From Haliotis rubra (lineage: Eukaryota): a stretch of 64,000 nt of DNA. The translations under genes were made by a program, and so were the position numbers. The notes beneath the pieces were generated by a model, which was not told the DNA's origin, made no database searches, and worked only from the letters and a program-made list of their open reading frames with translations. Position 1 is the stretch's first letter; the number at the start of each line of letters is the position of its first letter. Location: positions 1,736,001 to 1,800,000 of the forward strand of contig NW_025767646.1 in the NCBI RefSeq assembly GCF_003918875.1, read 5' to 3'. Below are positions 63,682 through 64,000 of the stretch, piece after piece.

Positions 63682-64000
63682 TTGTATCAGGAACAAAATA
63701 CCCATATGATGCGAAGTCCATGCAGCATATCCATTGTATATAAAAGGACTATTTTTTGCTTATGGAAATGTGTGCATAGATAATCATCAAGTTGAAGTAG
63801 CAGTATTTTACGGTGCAAAGATCACATTATAAATTGGATGCACCTTTTCCCCACAGTTTATGCTGGTTCTTCATCATTCACAATCAATAATTTCAATTCT
63901 ATTTATTATTGCAACTTCAACGAAACTGGATAAATCCATCTGAATCAGCAGTGCTACCATTCATGTTTGTATTGATCTGAGGGCTTTAGAATAGGAAACA

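Overview
This is animal genomic DNA, not a prokaryotic locus. It is AT-rich, CpG-depleted, intron-rich and has two N gaps. The SINE repertoire suggests a mollusc, plausibly an abalone-like gastropod (inference). One gene dominates: the 5' part of a minus-strand dipeptidyl peptidase IV-family (S9B) gene with a DPP6/DPP10-type N-terminus. I reconstructed 16 GT-AG, phase-compatible coding exons between 30656 and 501 (1567 nt, about 522 codons). They encode the TM anchor and beta-propeller; the catalytic domain lies beyond the left edge. A candidate first exon (MSAMLRERE) sits at 36303-36329 and a weaker alternative at 52065-52235. Almost all other ORFs in the track are spurious. The non-coding DNA holds about 25 copies of a tRNA-derived SINE (family A) and several Meta-type SINEs (family C). 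It also holds CWG-TSD palindromic MITEs, a TAGTCT-ended non-autonomous element family (D), other foldback elements and about 10 minisatellites. The most interesting signal is retroposon family B. It has no tRNA head, eight copies begin at essentially the same 5' nucleotide, and that end folds into a compact pseudoknotted RNA module. This module is a candidate self-cleaving ribozyme or other structured cis-element.
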